Positions 28,688 through 41,760 of a stretch of 64,000 bases of DNA are shown one piece after another; the stretch's first letter is position 1, and each line of letters begins with the position of its first letter. The stretch comes from Octopus vulgaris. Taxonomy: Eukaryota. The DNA is taken from assembly GCA_951406725.2 (NCBI GenBank), contig OX597829.1, forward strand, positions 35,402,001-35,466,000, given 5' to 3'. The translations under genes were made by a program, and so were the position numbers. Under the pieces are notes generated by a model, which had not been told where the DNA came from, did not search any database, and saw only the letters and a list, made by a program, of their open reading frames with translations.

Positions 28688-30505
28688 ATTTAGATTACTT
28701 TGATTACTTAGATAAGTTTCGGCCGAAGTTGGCCCAGGCCATGTCTAATTTAATAGCAGCACCTGGAAGAGATACGCAGTCAGGTCTTGGGCACCGTAGC
28801 CCATTCGAGCAGAGAGTTATTGATTTCAGGGACATATCTAGGTGTGGGTGGTTTGTATGGTATTTGTTGGAGGTAATCATCGAGGAGCCGTTTGAATGCC
28901 GTGAAATCACTTTCCTCCTTTATGTGGGCTGGTACATTGTTGAAGAGAGCAGGGCCAGTTGAGGTGAAATAGTTTTGTCGTAGTGTTGTGATACGACACG
29001 AACATTTCTGTAGTGGACAGATGGCACGGGGGCCAAATATCGGATGAATTTTAAAGTTGATATCTATATCATTTGGGCAATGCTGATGAATATTTTCCAC
29101 ATCATACAGATGATATAGCGCTCACGGCGACGTTGGAGGGAGTAAAGCCTGAGCTTTTTTAGTTGATCCCAATAGTCAAGGCTTGTCATGTCATCTATTT
29201 TTTTGTGATTGATCTCTGGAGCTTCAATTTTCATAATATTCTGTATCTTGTGGGGGGATCACAGCGGACAACAGTATTCAAGGTGAGGGCAAGCAGAAGT
29301 AGAGAAAAGCAGGATAATGATTGGGTCGTCTCTAGACCGGAAAGCCCTGAGGATCCAGAAGCACGCCCTGCGAGCCATGTCACCTTTGCTGTTTATGTGA
29401 GCACTCCAGCTTATTTTGTTGTCAACAGTAACACCCAGGTCTCTAGGATTTTTGAATTGCTGGATGCTACGAGGGTTTTGCTCGATGGAAGAGTGTATGA
29501 TTGTTGGAATGCAGTCTCTTTACCGAAGTGGACTAACTTGAATCTTTTCTCGTTTAGCTGTGTAATATTTTTTTCCGCCCGTTGGATAACAGCTAACAGA
29601 TCAGATTGATGATTTGTCTGGTCTTCAACAACCTTCAGTAACTTAGAGTCATCCGCGAAAATATGCATGATACTGTATTTAATGACGTCAGTGATGTCGT
29701 TAATATAAATTATGAAAAGGAGTGGGCCTAATACAGTGTCTTGTGAGACTCCATTTATAACCCCGACTGAGGTCGATCGGACACCATCAATCACTACATG
29801 TTGTGTTCTGTTCATTAGAAAACATTTAATCCAAGTTAACAGTTTTCGTTGGACACCAATGTTGGACAGTTTCTTTAACAGGGTGCAGTGATCAACGCTG
29901 TCAAAAGATTTGTTGAAGTCAAGGTATATGACATCTGCATTGGAGCCCTTTAAAATGTCATTGAAATGATGAAAGAGCTGTGTTAAGCAGTCCCTTCCGT
30001 TGCGGAAGCCATGCTGGTTGCGAATAAGTAGGCTGTTAGATTCCAAGATGTGAGTTACGTGAGATCTCACCACACTCTTGATGATATGAGAGGTAAGTGA
30101 GATCGGTAGGTAGTTCACGGCGCGTGGCATTTTGTTTTTCTTGAAAACTGGGGTAATCGCCTGGGAGAGGAAATTTTCAGGGATATAGCCTGCATCCATT
30201 GATTTTCACCAGAGAGTAGCTAAGGGGAGAGCTAACTAGAGTCGGCACTCCTTCAGGACTCTAGCGGAGAACCTATCGGGGCCTGCAGTTGAGTTATTCT
30301 TTATTTTGGTAATAGCTGCTATGATGTCCAAGGCGTGAAATGATATGCCAGAAAGGGTGTGCTGTGGGTTTTTTTTTTTTCATATATGTTGGCCAGGTTA
30401 AATATACTAGGATTACTGAAAGCAGAGCAGTATTGTTTCTGCAGAATCTCAACTATATCTTCTGCCGTACTACGGAGAGTGATGTCTTCGGCAATCAGAG
30501 GTCCG
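28688..30505 (-). mobile_element. CR1-clade LINE, 5'-truncated, decayed
   Basis: NYLPISLTSHIIK, QHGFRNGRDCLTQL, YLDFNKSFD, VLGPLLFIIYIND, FADDSK. Tail homologous to 26798-26868. Confidence 0.93.
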
Positions 30506-30973
30506 ACATATACACATATACTCACACACTGACATACAACGAGCACACGCACTTATACATTTAAGAGTAGGGTAAATTACTCTGTTTCAGTTGATTTGAA
30601 ATTTTCATGTGGCCGATTGCTGTGTTTGTCAGCCATAAAAATTTGTTTATTAGAAAACCAATGTGTTCTTTACAACCGAAACAAGATCCAGAAAAATTGG
30701 TGAGGCAGACAAACATATCTAAATTTATATTGTTTGCCGATGTCTTTTTTTCAGTTCAAACGGAAAAATTTCGTCATAAATATTATTAATGAGTTCAACT
30801 GTAACTTCGAAGAATTTATAATTCTTTGTAAATTCTCGATGCTCTATTTTGTCGGTTACATTTCAATTTAAATACATTCTGCTAAGTAATTTGTGTTTAT
30901 TTTATTCATTATGTATATGAGTATGTATAAATGTATGTATAAATGTCTGTACGAATGTATGTGCGGATGTAAG

Positions 30974-31004
<31 letters not shown>

Positions 31005-32262
31005 GTATATATATATGTGTGTGTGTATGTATATAGTATGTATATATATATATATATATATATACACATACACACATATATATGTATGTGTGTGTATGTG
31101 TATGCATGTATATATGCTTGTATGTATGCATGTATGTATGTATGCATGTATGTATGTGTGTATTTATATATGTATCACCTCTCTTTCTCTCACTATCCTT
31201 TATCTGTCACTCACTCTCAGAACAACACCTAAGGACGCGCGCGAACACATATATAATGTTCGTTCGTATTCGTACATATCTCAGTGTCTCTTTTTCTCAT
31301 TTATATGTCATTGCATGCGCTTGCCAGCCTCTTCCTCTCTATTGATAACGTTTCTTTAGACCACCTCTATTATCTCTTTCCGACTAACTTGCCAATCTCA
31401 TTAACTCATAACAACAACTACTACTACATATGGACACAACTTCATATAAGCTAGTACTTACATGCACAAACAAAATATTTCTTGCTCCCTCACTTAACCG
31501 TACACTTGAAGAAACCCACGCACTAGCAGAAACCCACAAAAAGCATTGACAGAAGTACATCCAGCAATACATACATACACGCATATGCATCACAAAAATG
31601 ATGCAAGTACGCTCACATTTCAAGAAATGTGCTGCTTTCATACAAGAGCACCAACGAATGCACGTTCACACAGGCACATGCACCAGTACAGACTCGTACA
31701 CTCATAATTATACAGATACATACAATCACGTACATACACGCCTAAAAGAGATGGAAATGTAAGAGCGCGCAAACACTTTGGAAGGAAAAACGCAAACTCA
31801 TAGCCACACACACACACACACCAGATAGGCAGATGCGGATACACGTACGTGCACTCTACAACACGTCCGTGCATACACTAAAAGAGACACAAACGTGCAC
31901 ACAAGCACATAATAATAGCGTACACCGATTGAGACAGATGCAAACACAAACACGTACATGAACAGCGACACGCGCGCACACACGTACACACACACACACA
32001 CACACACAGAGTGTCGTCTCTCCTTACATCTACCATATTGATTTAAAACCTCACTTACTCATATATACACAGACATCTTGTATGACAGTCACATTTTCCT
32101 GTCGGCCACATCTTCATGATCTCCAGCATCTCTTCAAGACTCTTAGACATCTTGGTATTAATTCCACGTACTTCACGTCTTCATTTCTCTCACACCTTTT
32201 ACTGTCTCCCATACTTCTACCTTCTGCTCTACTTCATACTCGTCGCCGTCGTCGTCCTCCTC

Positions 32263-32292
32263 TTCATCATCATCATCATCATCATCACCTTT

Positions 32293-32334
<42 letters not shown>

Positions 32335-32432
32335 GTCATCATCATCATCATCGTAATCATCATCATCGTAATCATCATCATCGTCGTCATCATCATCGTC
32401 ATCATCATCATCATCGTAATCATCATCATCGT

Positions 32433-32498
<66 letters not shown>

Positions 32499-32624
32499 AT
32501 CATCATCATCATCATCAACATCATCATCACTAAGTTTCTTTTCTCTCATTTCTTAAAGTTCTACCATCTCTTCTTCTTCTTCTTCTTCTTCTACTTCTTC
32601 TACTTCTACTTCTACGTCTACTTC

Positions 32625-32656
<32 letters not shown>

Positions 32657-32805
32657 CTTCTTCTTCTTCTTCTTCTTCTTCTTCTTCTTCTTCTACTTCT
32701 TCTTCTTCTACTTCTTCTTCTTCTTCTTCTTCTTCTACTTCTTCTACTTCTTCTTCTTCTTCTACTTCTACTTCTTCTTCTTCTTCTTCTTCTCCTCCTC
32801 CTTCT
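32263..32805. repeat. (CAT)n followed by (CTT)/(CTA)n microsatellites
   Basis: Direct reading. Confidence 0.96.
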
Positions 32806-32887
32806 TCTGTAGCAATCCTCCTGGTGCCCCTCCTCCTGCTGTTCCTCCCGCCCCCTCCTGCACCTTCTGCTCCTCATTGCTATTATT

Positions 32888-33160
32888 TAGCTTGCAGAAA
32901 CGTTAGCTCGTCAGATGAAATGCCCCGTGGTATTCGTTCCAATTCCTTACAGTCTAAGTCATTTTAGTGTCGATAAAACAATTACCAGTTGTCTTGATCC
33001 TCTTCCTTTATGTTCTGAGTTCAACTTCAGTCGAGTTCAATTTTACCATTCATCCTTTCAGGGTCCTAAAAAAATAGAACCAGTGACGTATTGGAGTCGA
33101 GGTAATCGACTTACCACATTCCCTAAAATTTGATGGTCTAGTGTCAAAATTTGAAACCAT
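32888..33160 (+). mobile_element. Old, diverged SINE related to family B
   Basis: gcagaaacgttagc head, ttctgagttcaa, ttcatcctttcagggtc...aaccag. A similar relic lies on the minus strand at ~18030-18205. Confidence 0.65.
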
Positions 33161-33176
33161 TCATCTTCTTCTTCTT

Positions 33177-33245
<69 letters not shown>

Positions 33246-33798
33246 GAGTGAGAGAGCAGTTCATGCCATCAAAGTGACACTGGGTTAAAATATACGAAGC
33301 CCAATATACCCATCATGACTACCCGTCTGATAAAGGCACACCAGGCACATGCATCACAACCATATGTGCGCGACATGGTGATCTCATATCAAGATAAACA
33401 GCACATGACCTTGCAGGTGGGGCCCAGTTAGAATTTTCTTCAGGTTGAGTAGCCCATCCCGCTCAAACGGTCCCTGAATAAGGGTTGTTTAAGGATGTTG
33501 AAAGAACCACCCATGTTTCCAGAGGTGAATTATTCAAACCCCAAAGAATCCCTCTCAACACATGGCTATGATGCTCCCCCACTACTTCTGCTCGTGATCA
33601 GAGATGCACATATCGTCAGCCACTAAGGGACATGCTCAACTGGTTAAGGTCAAACAACTGACAAGCAAATCTGTGGTATTGAGCAGAATATTTGCTGTAG
33701 CCCATCTTTTATACCAAGACAAAACAATGTACATGATAACACTTCCAATCAGTTAAGATCAGAAGCCATGAGAGCCATTGCCTGGTACTGCATCAGGG

Positions 33799-33799
<1 letters not shown>
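33246..33799 (-). mobile_element. Family T element, apparently full length, (ATT)n on both sides
   Basis: attatt|gagtgagag...catcagggc|attatt. No ORF; six copies in the window. Confidence 0.9.
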
Positions 33800-33850
<51 letters not shown>

Positions 33851-35440
33851 TGTCTGGTTTTGCTTAGTATTCCAAGTTGATTCCAAGTCTCACTCAGAGA
33901 CCTCGAGAGACAAGTTAGAAGTTCAAGCTGGTATTATGCCTAGGATATTATGCCTATATTGTTTTGCATATTGTATTGTTCTAGAGAATGTTTAAGGAAA
34001 CAAGAAAATTATAAGTCTGTTTTAAAATTTGAGATTATATAGAGAGTATTTTACGTAGATATGGGCAGTTCCTATGAGCACTATCTTTTGAATTTCTGCC
34101 ATTTTGGGGTTTCCTGGTATCTGAGTTAGGTAGCAACTAGCCCCTTTTACTATCATTCCTAGGCACCTATGACGACAGGTATTGTTTTAGTCTTCAGGTT
34201 CCACATTTTGCTCATTTCTATTTCGAGATCTTTATACTTGCTCAGTTTTTGGTAGGTCTTGACAGATACATTTATATCGATTGGGACAGTCATATCAATG
34301 AGGAGGCATGTTCTTTGTTTGAAGCCTTTCAATATGATGTCTGGCCTATTTGCATCTATCTTTCTGTCAGTTTTAATGGTGAAGTTCCGGAGGAGTGAGA
34401 TGTGTTCATTTTCAAGCACTGGAGATGGTTTCTGTTCCCAACAGTTTTTATCAGGTGGCAGGTCCAGGTGTTTGCAAATTACCCAGTGAATATACTGAGC
34501 TGCTCTATCATGCCTGTTGAGATATTCTGTAGGCGCAAGAAGACTGCACATGGAGACATGTTCAATGGTTTCATTTCGTTGTTGACATACACGACATGTT
34601 GGGAAGCTGGTAGTTTCTTGTAGGTAAGCATTGATCTTGGGCTGTTATGATAAACCCTTTTGTTTCTGATTTTAAGGCAGAAGCCATTAACCATTGATGA
34701 GTAAGGGCTTTTTCAAAGTCGGCATTATTAGTTCTCTTTGGGTATTTGCCAGAGGTTTATCTTGCCATTTATCGGTCAGAATATCTAAGGTAGCTGTTTT
34801 AGCACGGGTTTTCATACGCTTAACTTTATCTCAGCTTGTTTCTAGTAAGACAAATTCTGGAATTTGAATTTGGAATTCACTTAGATATTCCTTTGCTTGT
34901 TTTGTTACTGAGTATGATGCTTTCTTGCTTTCATGTTTTGAGATAAGTTTTAACATCCAGTCCTCAGAATTTTACAGGTAGGTGTTGAGGCCAATTGTGG
35001 CAATCTTCATTGTTAATGCTAGTTGTAAAAGTCCACGGCCTCCCTCTTTTCTTGGCAGATAAAGTCGTTCTATATCTACGTTAGGGTGGTGCATTCTATG
35101 CATTGTCAACAAGTTTCGTATTTTTCTGTCAATATTATATATTTCAGCAATTGACCAGTTAATGATATTGAAACTGTAAGTCACGACAGGTACAGCTAAA
35201 TTATTGATCACTTCTATCCTGTTTTTTGCATTCAGCTCTATCTTCAGTATTGCTCTCACCCTGCGATAACATTCTCTTCCGATCCTTTCCCTCATCACCG
35301 AATGCCTGATTCCGTTCCCTTCAAGTACCCTTAGGTATTAATAGCTCTCCACTGGTTCTAACTCTTTTACGACATTCTGCTAGTCAAGGTTAACGTTAGA
35401 TGTTTCTGTCATTTTTCCTTTGATAAAGGTAGGTATTGCA
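33851..35440 (-). mobile_element. R4/Dong-clade LINE, 3' half, ending in (TAA)n
   Basis: RRVRAILKIELNAKNRIEVINNLAVPVVTYSF, RLYLPRKEGGRGL, YLNRHD, ANRPDIIL, CLLIDMTVP, IPVVIGA. Confidence 0.93.
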
Positions 35441-35442
35441 CA

Positions 35443-35698
35443 TTAGTGGCTGACGATATGAGCATCTCTAATCACGCGCAGGCTTAGTGGGAGAGCATGA
35501 AAGCCATGTGTTGACAGGAATTGATTGGAGTCTGGGTAATTCACCTCTGGAAACATGGGTATTTCATTCAACATTCTTAAAGAACCCTTATTCAGAGACC
35601 TTTTCAGCAGGATGGGCTACTCGATCGAAAGAAAATTCTAACTGAACCCTACCTGCAAGGTCATGGGCTGTTCATCTTGATATGAGATCACCACGTCA
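35443..35698 (+). mobile_element. Family T internal fragment
   Basis: Similar to 5486-5740. Confidence 0.8.
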
Positions 35699-35730
35699 AG
35701 CAAATATTGTTAATAATAATAATAATAATA

Positions 35731-35788
<58 letters not shown>

Positions 35789-35907
35789 CGACGACGATGA
35801 TGACGATGACGATGACGATGACGACGACGACGACGATGACAACAACACCAACAACAACAACATCGAAAAATATCTTAGGAATGAGAACCCAGGTTCGAAA
35901 TTTCCCC

Positions 35908-35945
35908 AAGACCTGAAGAAGGCTGGAGAGTATATCAGCAGAAAC
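35908..35945 (+). ncRNA. Truncated hammerhead-like motif in a ~170 bp cassette following a (GAT)/(AAC)n tract
   Basis: CTGAAGA-ag gctg gagagtatat cagc a-GAAAC. No NUH triplet or stem I 3' strand follows. Confidence 0.45.
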
Positions 35946-36039
35946 AAAATGAGGACAAATATCCGTTGAATGTAAATAATGTAAATAATGTAGATAATGC
36001 ACATACTTCCTCATCTCTTAAATATAGAACTCTAAAATC

Positions 36040-37091
36040 AAAGCTCACCCATTGAATTTGTGACTCTTCAAACAGTTGTACTCTGAAAACGATGAAGAAT
36101 TTCAGAGGCTTTTACACAGATGTGCGATTGCTTTCTAAAGGAAACTGCCTTGCTCGCCTTTTCTCGCTCTTTACCTGCGTCTTTAGTTTCTTACAGTCGG
36201 TGGAATCATCGCTAGCATCGTCGCAGCCATCAATTTCTACGTTGCCTACTTGGCTGACATACTCGCGAAGTTCAACTACCTGAACCTCCACCTGCAGGGT
36301 GATAAAACCAACCTAATCAAATCCAAGTCCGTTATCTATGGTTTTTATCATGAAACTGCCCTTTTACTGGCGAAATATTGGACGCAAAGACTTCTGTCAA
36401 TTTCCAAGCCTTAGAAAACTGGGAGAATACTCATCTGATCATACGCCTTATCTTTTCACAGAGCATCTCAAGAATGCTGAAGCTGACACGAAACTGCGTT
36501 TTCAGGATCTGTCAGATCTGGAAATCCCTCCTTGGATCTTGGACACTTTTCAGATCACAGATATCGACATGGACGGATCAATTGAGCGAGAATTTATTAC
36601 TTGCAAAATGATTTTGAATTGAAACCTTTTTTTAAGCGGCACGCTTACCAAGAAATGTTGGCTGCAGTCCACTGTTCCAGAAACTGCATTGTGAGAAAAG
36701 GCAAAGTCATTTTCTATTGCCTTCCCAACCTCGCATTTAGTTGAAAGAGGTTTCAATGTAGTGTCCCAGATTCTCAACAAGTCGAGAAATCGCCTGGATT
36801 TTGTGCAGAAAGGAGACCTGTGACTTCGCCTTACCGTTATGAAGCCCAGTATTGTATAACTGTTGACCAAACGCCATATTCATCCTTCACATTAATTACA
36901 TGTATTTCCATGCTTAATGAAAAAAGAAAATGCTATTCAGAACTACGTTTCTATAAATTTTACTAAGATTAGATGACAGAAACGACAATTTTACTTCAAG
37001 TATCTTCTTATCCCAATAAACGTGGTGTCGAACATTTTTATTAGGATGGGTGAAAATGTTGGAAAAGTTTGGACAAGTTGGGGAACCACTG
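36040..37091 (+). mobile_element. hAT (Charlie/Buster-like) transposon, decayed 3' part with right TIR
   Basis: TDVRLLSKGNCLAR, AYLADI..LNLHLQG, dimerisation motif FPTSHLVERGFN. Terminus ...ttggggaaccactg. Confidence 0.88.
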
Positions 37092-37590
37092 GTCTACAAC
37101 ATCACGAAGGCGATATATAACCTCCTGTAAGTATTCCTTATTTATTGTTTGGACTTGTGATGTGTATTCATGATACACAATACGACAGGGGTCAAAGAAA
37201 CTGGTCAACATAGTCTTCACATTGCTGTGAACATGTGGTGCTATTTTGGGGTTCTGGTGATGACGGATACTTCCTTTGGGAAGGCTGGAACTTGGTTTAT
37301 GGGTCGTAACCATAAACCCACTGATGATGGTCTTCCTGAAGTTTGGGTTTTCGTTTGCACAGTCAAGCACATCCTGAGTGATTTCCATGCAGAGCTGCTT
37401 CTGCTGTTTCGCCAGTATCTTGGGGACGAATTTCGTTGACACTCTTCTTATGCACAAAACGGCTGTTAAATTGGAATGCGCTGATGCTTATTCCCACTCC
37501 GTGAGCAATTTCCTGGATTGGTACACTACGGTATTCCATAACTAATCACCGAACCTTTTCAATCGGTTCCTCGGTTCGGCTTGTAGATGG
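37092..37590 (-). mobile_element. mariner transposase fragment
   Basis: VSTKFVPKIL, KTMLTSFFD..IVYHEY..QTINKEY. Confidence 0.88.
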
Positions 37591-38325
37591 TATCCGCGTA
37601 TGTATACATGCACATCTATACGCCTAATTCATATACACTCACTCTTTCTCCTTTTAGTACCCCTTATAATTTATTTCCTCATTTCTTTTTCTTGCTCCTT
37701 TTCTCTCACATATCTTGGTATTCTCTTTCTTTGACCTCTCTATTTTCCTTCGTTATCTCCCTTGTACCTCTCCCTCTGTCCCTTACTCTCCTAACTCTCT
37801 CTCTAGTTCGTAATTCTTCAATCCCTTTTCATCCTATCTCTCTCTATTCCTTCCACGAGACCTGTGTTCAGCCAAGCATGAGCTTTTTTTCTCAGCCTGA
37901 CCGCCGCCCGTACAACAACTTATTTTCCTATCTCTTTCATCTATGTTTGTGCCTCAAGGCATTCACTCAACACGCCAGCTCAACTTAATTTCTCCCGTTA
38001 TTATTCTCTTGTTTGTATTTGTAATCGTGTAACATTTCCTCCGTTTTCTCGTTTTATTTTTGTCTGTCTTGTACACATTCGCTTGCTATCTTCCGAAAAT
38101 CCAAAAATGTAATGCTTAGATTTTTTTGGGGGGGCCTAACAATTTTGAACATTCTCAAGTGTAACAGGCTGAAACTGTAATGATAATTGGAAGATTGACT
38201 GATGAATACAGGGCCACGTATGATCCGACCTGGGTTTTCCTGTCCGTCTTTGTATCGTCTATCTGTCCGCATGTTTTTATTGTCGTCCGTTGCGTTCTTA
38301 TTCCATTTTTGCATTTATATATACA

Positions 38326-38715
38326 CTAGCAGTATCGCCTGGCGTTGCTCGGGTTTGATTCGACCCGCTGGAATTGGAATTTTCGAAAAGTAAAAATTTT
38401 GCATTATGTAGCTTGTTATTCTCTTCAAGTGAACATTTTTCTGGTTGAAATACACCGAAAAGTGGCGACACAGCAGTGAAAAAATCGTAAAAAATAGGGA
38501 TTTTCATAGAAAAAAGCACCTTTTGATGTAAATAATTTTTGGTGTTAACATGGTCCGATTTGAATTTTATCTTCTACGGAAGGAAGAGCAACCCTTCTTC
38601 TATCATACTCTCAATTTTGGTTAACTTGTGCCGCAGGGTCTCGGAGGAGATAGTGTTAGTTGAAGGTTACCAAACCTGGCGCACACAGACAACTTCAGCT
38701 TTATATATAGAGAGA
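38326..38715 (-). mobile_element. Non-autonomous Helitron-like element
   Basis: Minus strand reads A|TCTCTCTATATATAAAG...cccgagcaacgccaggcgatactgCTAG|T: 5' TC, 3' CTAG preceded by an imperfect GC-rich hairpin, inserted between A and T. Confidence 0.8.
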
Positions 38716-38845
38716 TAACACACACACATTAATACACATACATAGATACACACACACACACACATGTATGTATGTATGTATGTATGTATGTATGAATATA
38801 TATACATCTGTCCACTTCTTGCCATATTTTTATCCTTCACTTCCT

Positions 38846-38891
<46 letters not shown>

Positions 38892-39227
38892 ACACACAGA
38901 CACAAACACACACACACACACACGCGCACGCACACACACACACACACACACCTTCTTAGCTTACAATTTCTTTCTTTTAACAATTGACAACTGAAGTACG
39001 CTCGCAAATTAATACTACCAAAACTTAGCGACAGAAAAAACTTTATATGCCATGACCCAATCGAATCTACTTCGAAAAATCATAGGTAAATTCCAATTGA
39101 AGAAATTCTATATTGTACAATTGTATTAAAAACAAACTATGTGAGAGGCAGAGAAAATCTGCCTTTTATCGTAAGAGATATAGCGGCGTACGTACACTTT
39201 TTGCTCACTTTACATATATACATTCTT

Positions 39228-39700
39228 TTATTTTTTTATTTCTTTCAGTCACTTGACAGCTGCCATGCTGGATCATCGCCTTTAGTCGAACAAATCGACC
39301 CCAGGACTTATTATTTGTAAGTCCAGTACTTATTCTATTGGTCTTTTTGCCGAACCGCTAAGTTATGTGGACGTAAAGACACCAAAATCGGTTGTCAAAA
39401 GACGAAGGTTGGACAAGCGAGGTCGACTTTGCCTTTCATCCTTTCGGCTTCGATTGAATAAGTACCAGTTATTCACTGGGGTCGATGTACTCGACTTAAT
39501 CCCTTTGTTTGTTCTTGTTTGTCACCTCTATGTTTAGCCCCCTGTGGGCAATAAAGACAGGCTTCTTTCTACCGAATCCACTCACAAAGCTTTGGTCGGC
39601 ACGAGGCTATAGTAGAAGGCACTTGCCCAAGGTACCACACAGTGTGATGAGAATCTGGAGCCCTGTTGTTGGTAAGCAAGCTTCTTACCACACAGCCATA
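39228..39700 (-). mobile_element. SINE family A with its central microsatellite replaced by an opposite-strand family B 3' fragment (39418-39560)
   Basis: Similarity to both SINE families. Confidence 0.8.
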
Positions 39701-39779
39701 TCTTAAGACAAAGTATCTGATAGGGAAAATTAAGGAGCCATAGAAGATTATCATTGTAGGCGGAAACCCCTAAAGTCTT

Positions 39780-40278
39780 TTTTGCTCTGGGTGTAAAAAT
39801 TGGGAACACAGAGGGTAACATAAATAGTTGAGAGGAAGAGCAAAGCCTGGGTGGCATGCCACAGTTTGAGATCTGTATGGAAGTAGGACCTTCATAAAGA
39901 CCTGAAGATCCGTCTCTATGTTGCTGCAGTGGAGTCTGTGCTGTTGTACTGGTCTGAGACTTGGATACTGACTAAGAAGCGCACTGAAATAGTGGATGGG
40001 TGCTACATAAGAATGCCGTGGATGGCTCTCAACATTAATCAGTATACTCTGAGATTGAAAAACTCAGAGCTGTACAAGAGTATCTCAATAATTAGCTTGA
40101 AATTAACACAGAGGAGACTGGTGTTAGTTGGACACACTAGAAGAGGGAGAACGAGGATGACATAGGTTGATGCCCTAAGGACAGATACTGGTCTTTGGGA
40201 GCCACAGGACACGGCAGCCATGGTGAAGGACAAAGACTACTGGACAGAACTCGTCCATGGATCTCGGGAAGTTTACCC

Positions 40279-40282
<4 letters not shown>
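39780..40282 (+). mobile_element. RTE-like LINE 3' fragment ending in (TA)n
   Basis: LKIRLYVAAVESVLLYWSETWILTK, DGCYIRM, RRLVLVGH. Confidence 0.8.
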
Positions 40283-40324
<42 letters not shown>

Positions 40325-40326
40325 TT

Positions 40327-40358
<32 letters not shown>

Positions 40359-40368
40359 TGTATGTATG

Positions 40369-40427
<59 letters not shown>

Positions 40428-40595
40428 CATAAGGGACATTAGCCATTTGAATGTGGCTAGGGACAGGGCAGGGCGGTAGGGGTGTTACTGATGCATTTAG
40501 CCCCAGGCGATCATCAACGTCACCAGATAGGCTGACACCATCACGGTGTCCTCTATCCTGCAAAGGGAGATCATTCCCCGAAGAAGCGGATGCCA

Positions 40596-40640
40596 CATAC
40601 GGACCCAGGTTTCAAGGTATTTGCCTATCGTCAACGCATG
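40596..40640 (-). ncRNA. Type I hammerhead motif (C3U variant), inverted copy
   Basis: Minus strand: catgcg-TTGACGA-t agg caaata cct t-GAAAC-ctgg-GTC-cgtatg. Confidence 0.78.
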
Positions 40641-40853
40641 GCAGGCACCGCTCACCCCCACCGCCCTGCCCTGTCCCTAGCCACATTCAAATGGCTAATG
40701 TCCCTTATGTTATGGAGCAGTTACTGTCTATATCTCGTATAGAGAATTATTATTGCTGTCGAACAGATTTTCGAAATCAGTAAATGTATTTACGTGAAAA
40801 TCTATATATAAATATCCTGCACAGAGAGTTGTTCGTCGAGGAGCGGTGCCTGC

Positions 40854-40898
40854 CATGCGTTGACGATAGGCAAATACCTTGAAACCTGGGTCCGTATG
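40854..40898 (+). ncRNA. Type I hammerhead motif (C3U variant)
   Basis: catgcg-TTGACGA-t agg caaata cct t-GAAAC-ctgg-GTC-cgtatg. Stem I can extend via tgcca/tggca and gagcgg/ccgctt. Confidence 0.78.
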
Positions 40899-41126
40899 TG
40901 GCATCCGCTTCTTCGGGGAATGATCTCCCTTTGCAGGATAGAGGACACCGTGATGGTGTCAGCCTATCTGGTGACGTTGATGATCGCCTGGGGCTAAATG
41001 CATCAGTAACACCCCCACCGCCCTGCCTTGTCACTAGCCACATTCAAATGGCTAATGTCCCTTATGTTATGGAGCAGTTACTGTCTATATCTCGTTTAGA
41101 GAATTATTATTGCTATATATATATAT

Positions 41127-41232
41127 AGTTAATCCAAACAAGAAAACACAGAAAAAAACACAGCAACGCAGGACGTGGAACAATTAAAGTATTATTGACG
41201 GTCAGGAAAGAAGGGAAGGAGGGTTTAACGTT
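41127..41232 (-). mobile_element. Terminus of the 51338-51568 cassette family, abutting (TA)n and cut at the hammerhead stem III
   Basis: Reverse-complement similarity to 51459-51568. Confidence 0.75.
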
Positions 41233-41760
41233 CCTTAACCTTACAAATAGAAGCATGAAATTTTGATACAATATAAAGAACACAATGGAAATTAATATGC
41301 TTACGTCACATTTTGCAACACCGCTACATCACATACGAAAAATGACATCGATTAAATGGCTACCATTTTCGATTTCGCACGCCCGTACCCTTTTCAAAAC
41401 TGGCACCATAACAACTTCAAGAGTTTCAGACCCGCCTATTGATGTTTTCCTTCAGTTGTACCAGAGTCTCCGGTTTGTTGACGTAAACCCTAAATAGAGA
41501 AATCAGAGAAGTGGGGCCTGAAACTCTTCATTTTGTTATGGTGCAAATTTTGGAAAGAGCTTAGGCGGACGAAGCCGAAAATGGCTGCCATTTAAGCGAA
41601 GTCATTTTTCATATGTGATGTAGTGGTGTTGCAAAATCTGACTTGTGCATATTTATTGCCATTGTATCTGTTATATTGTATCACAATTTCATCCATATAT
41701 TTGTAAAGTTAAGCAATTTATTAAAAATTGAAACCCATCAGTAACTTTTGGGACACTCTG
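41233..41760. mobile_element. Palindromic Tc1/mariner-type MITE, left end lost
   Basis: Arms ~41233-41430 and ~41530-41713 are imperfect inverted repeats. Right terminus reads TA|CAGAGTGTCCCAAAAGTTAC on the minus strand. Confidence 0.8.

Larger units (their letters stand above)
40424..41113. mobile_element. Hammerhead-bearing cassette present as an inverted plus partial direct duplication, inside (TA)n
   Basis: 40424-40653 is the near-perfect reverse complement of 40841-41070. 40653-40757 is a direct copy of 41010-41114. Confidence 0.85.

Noticed and set aside
38165-38220. GAAACtGTA...CTGATGA in type II hammerhead order
   Set aside because: Stems I and II do not pair convincingly.
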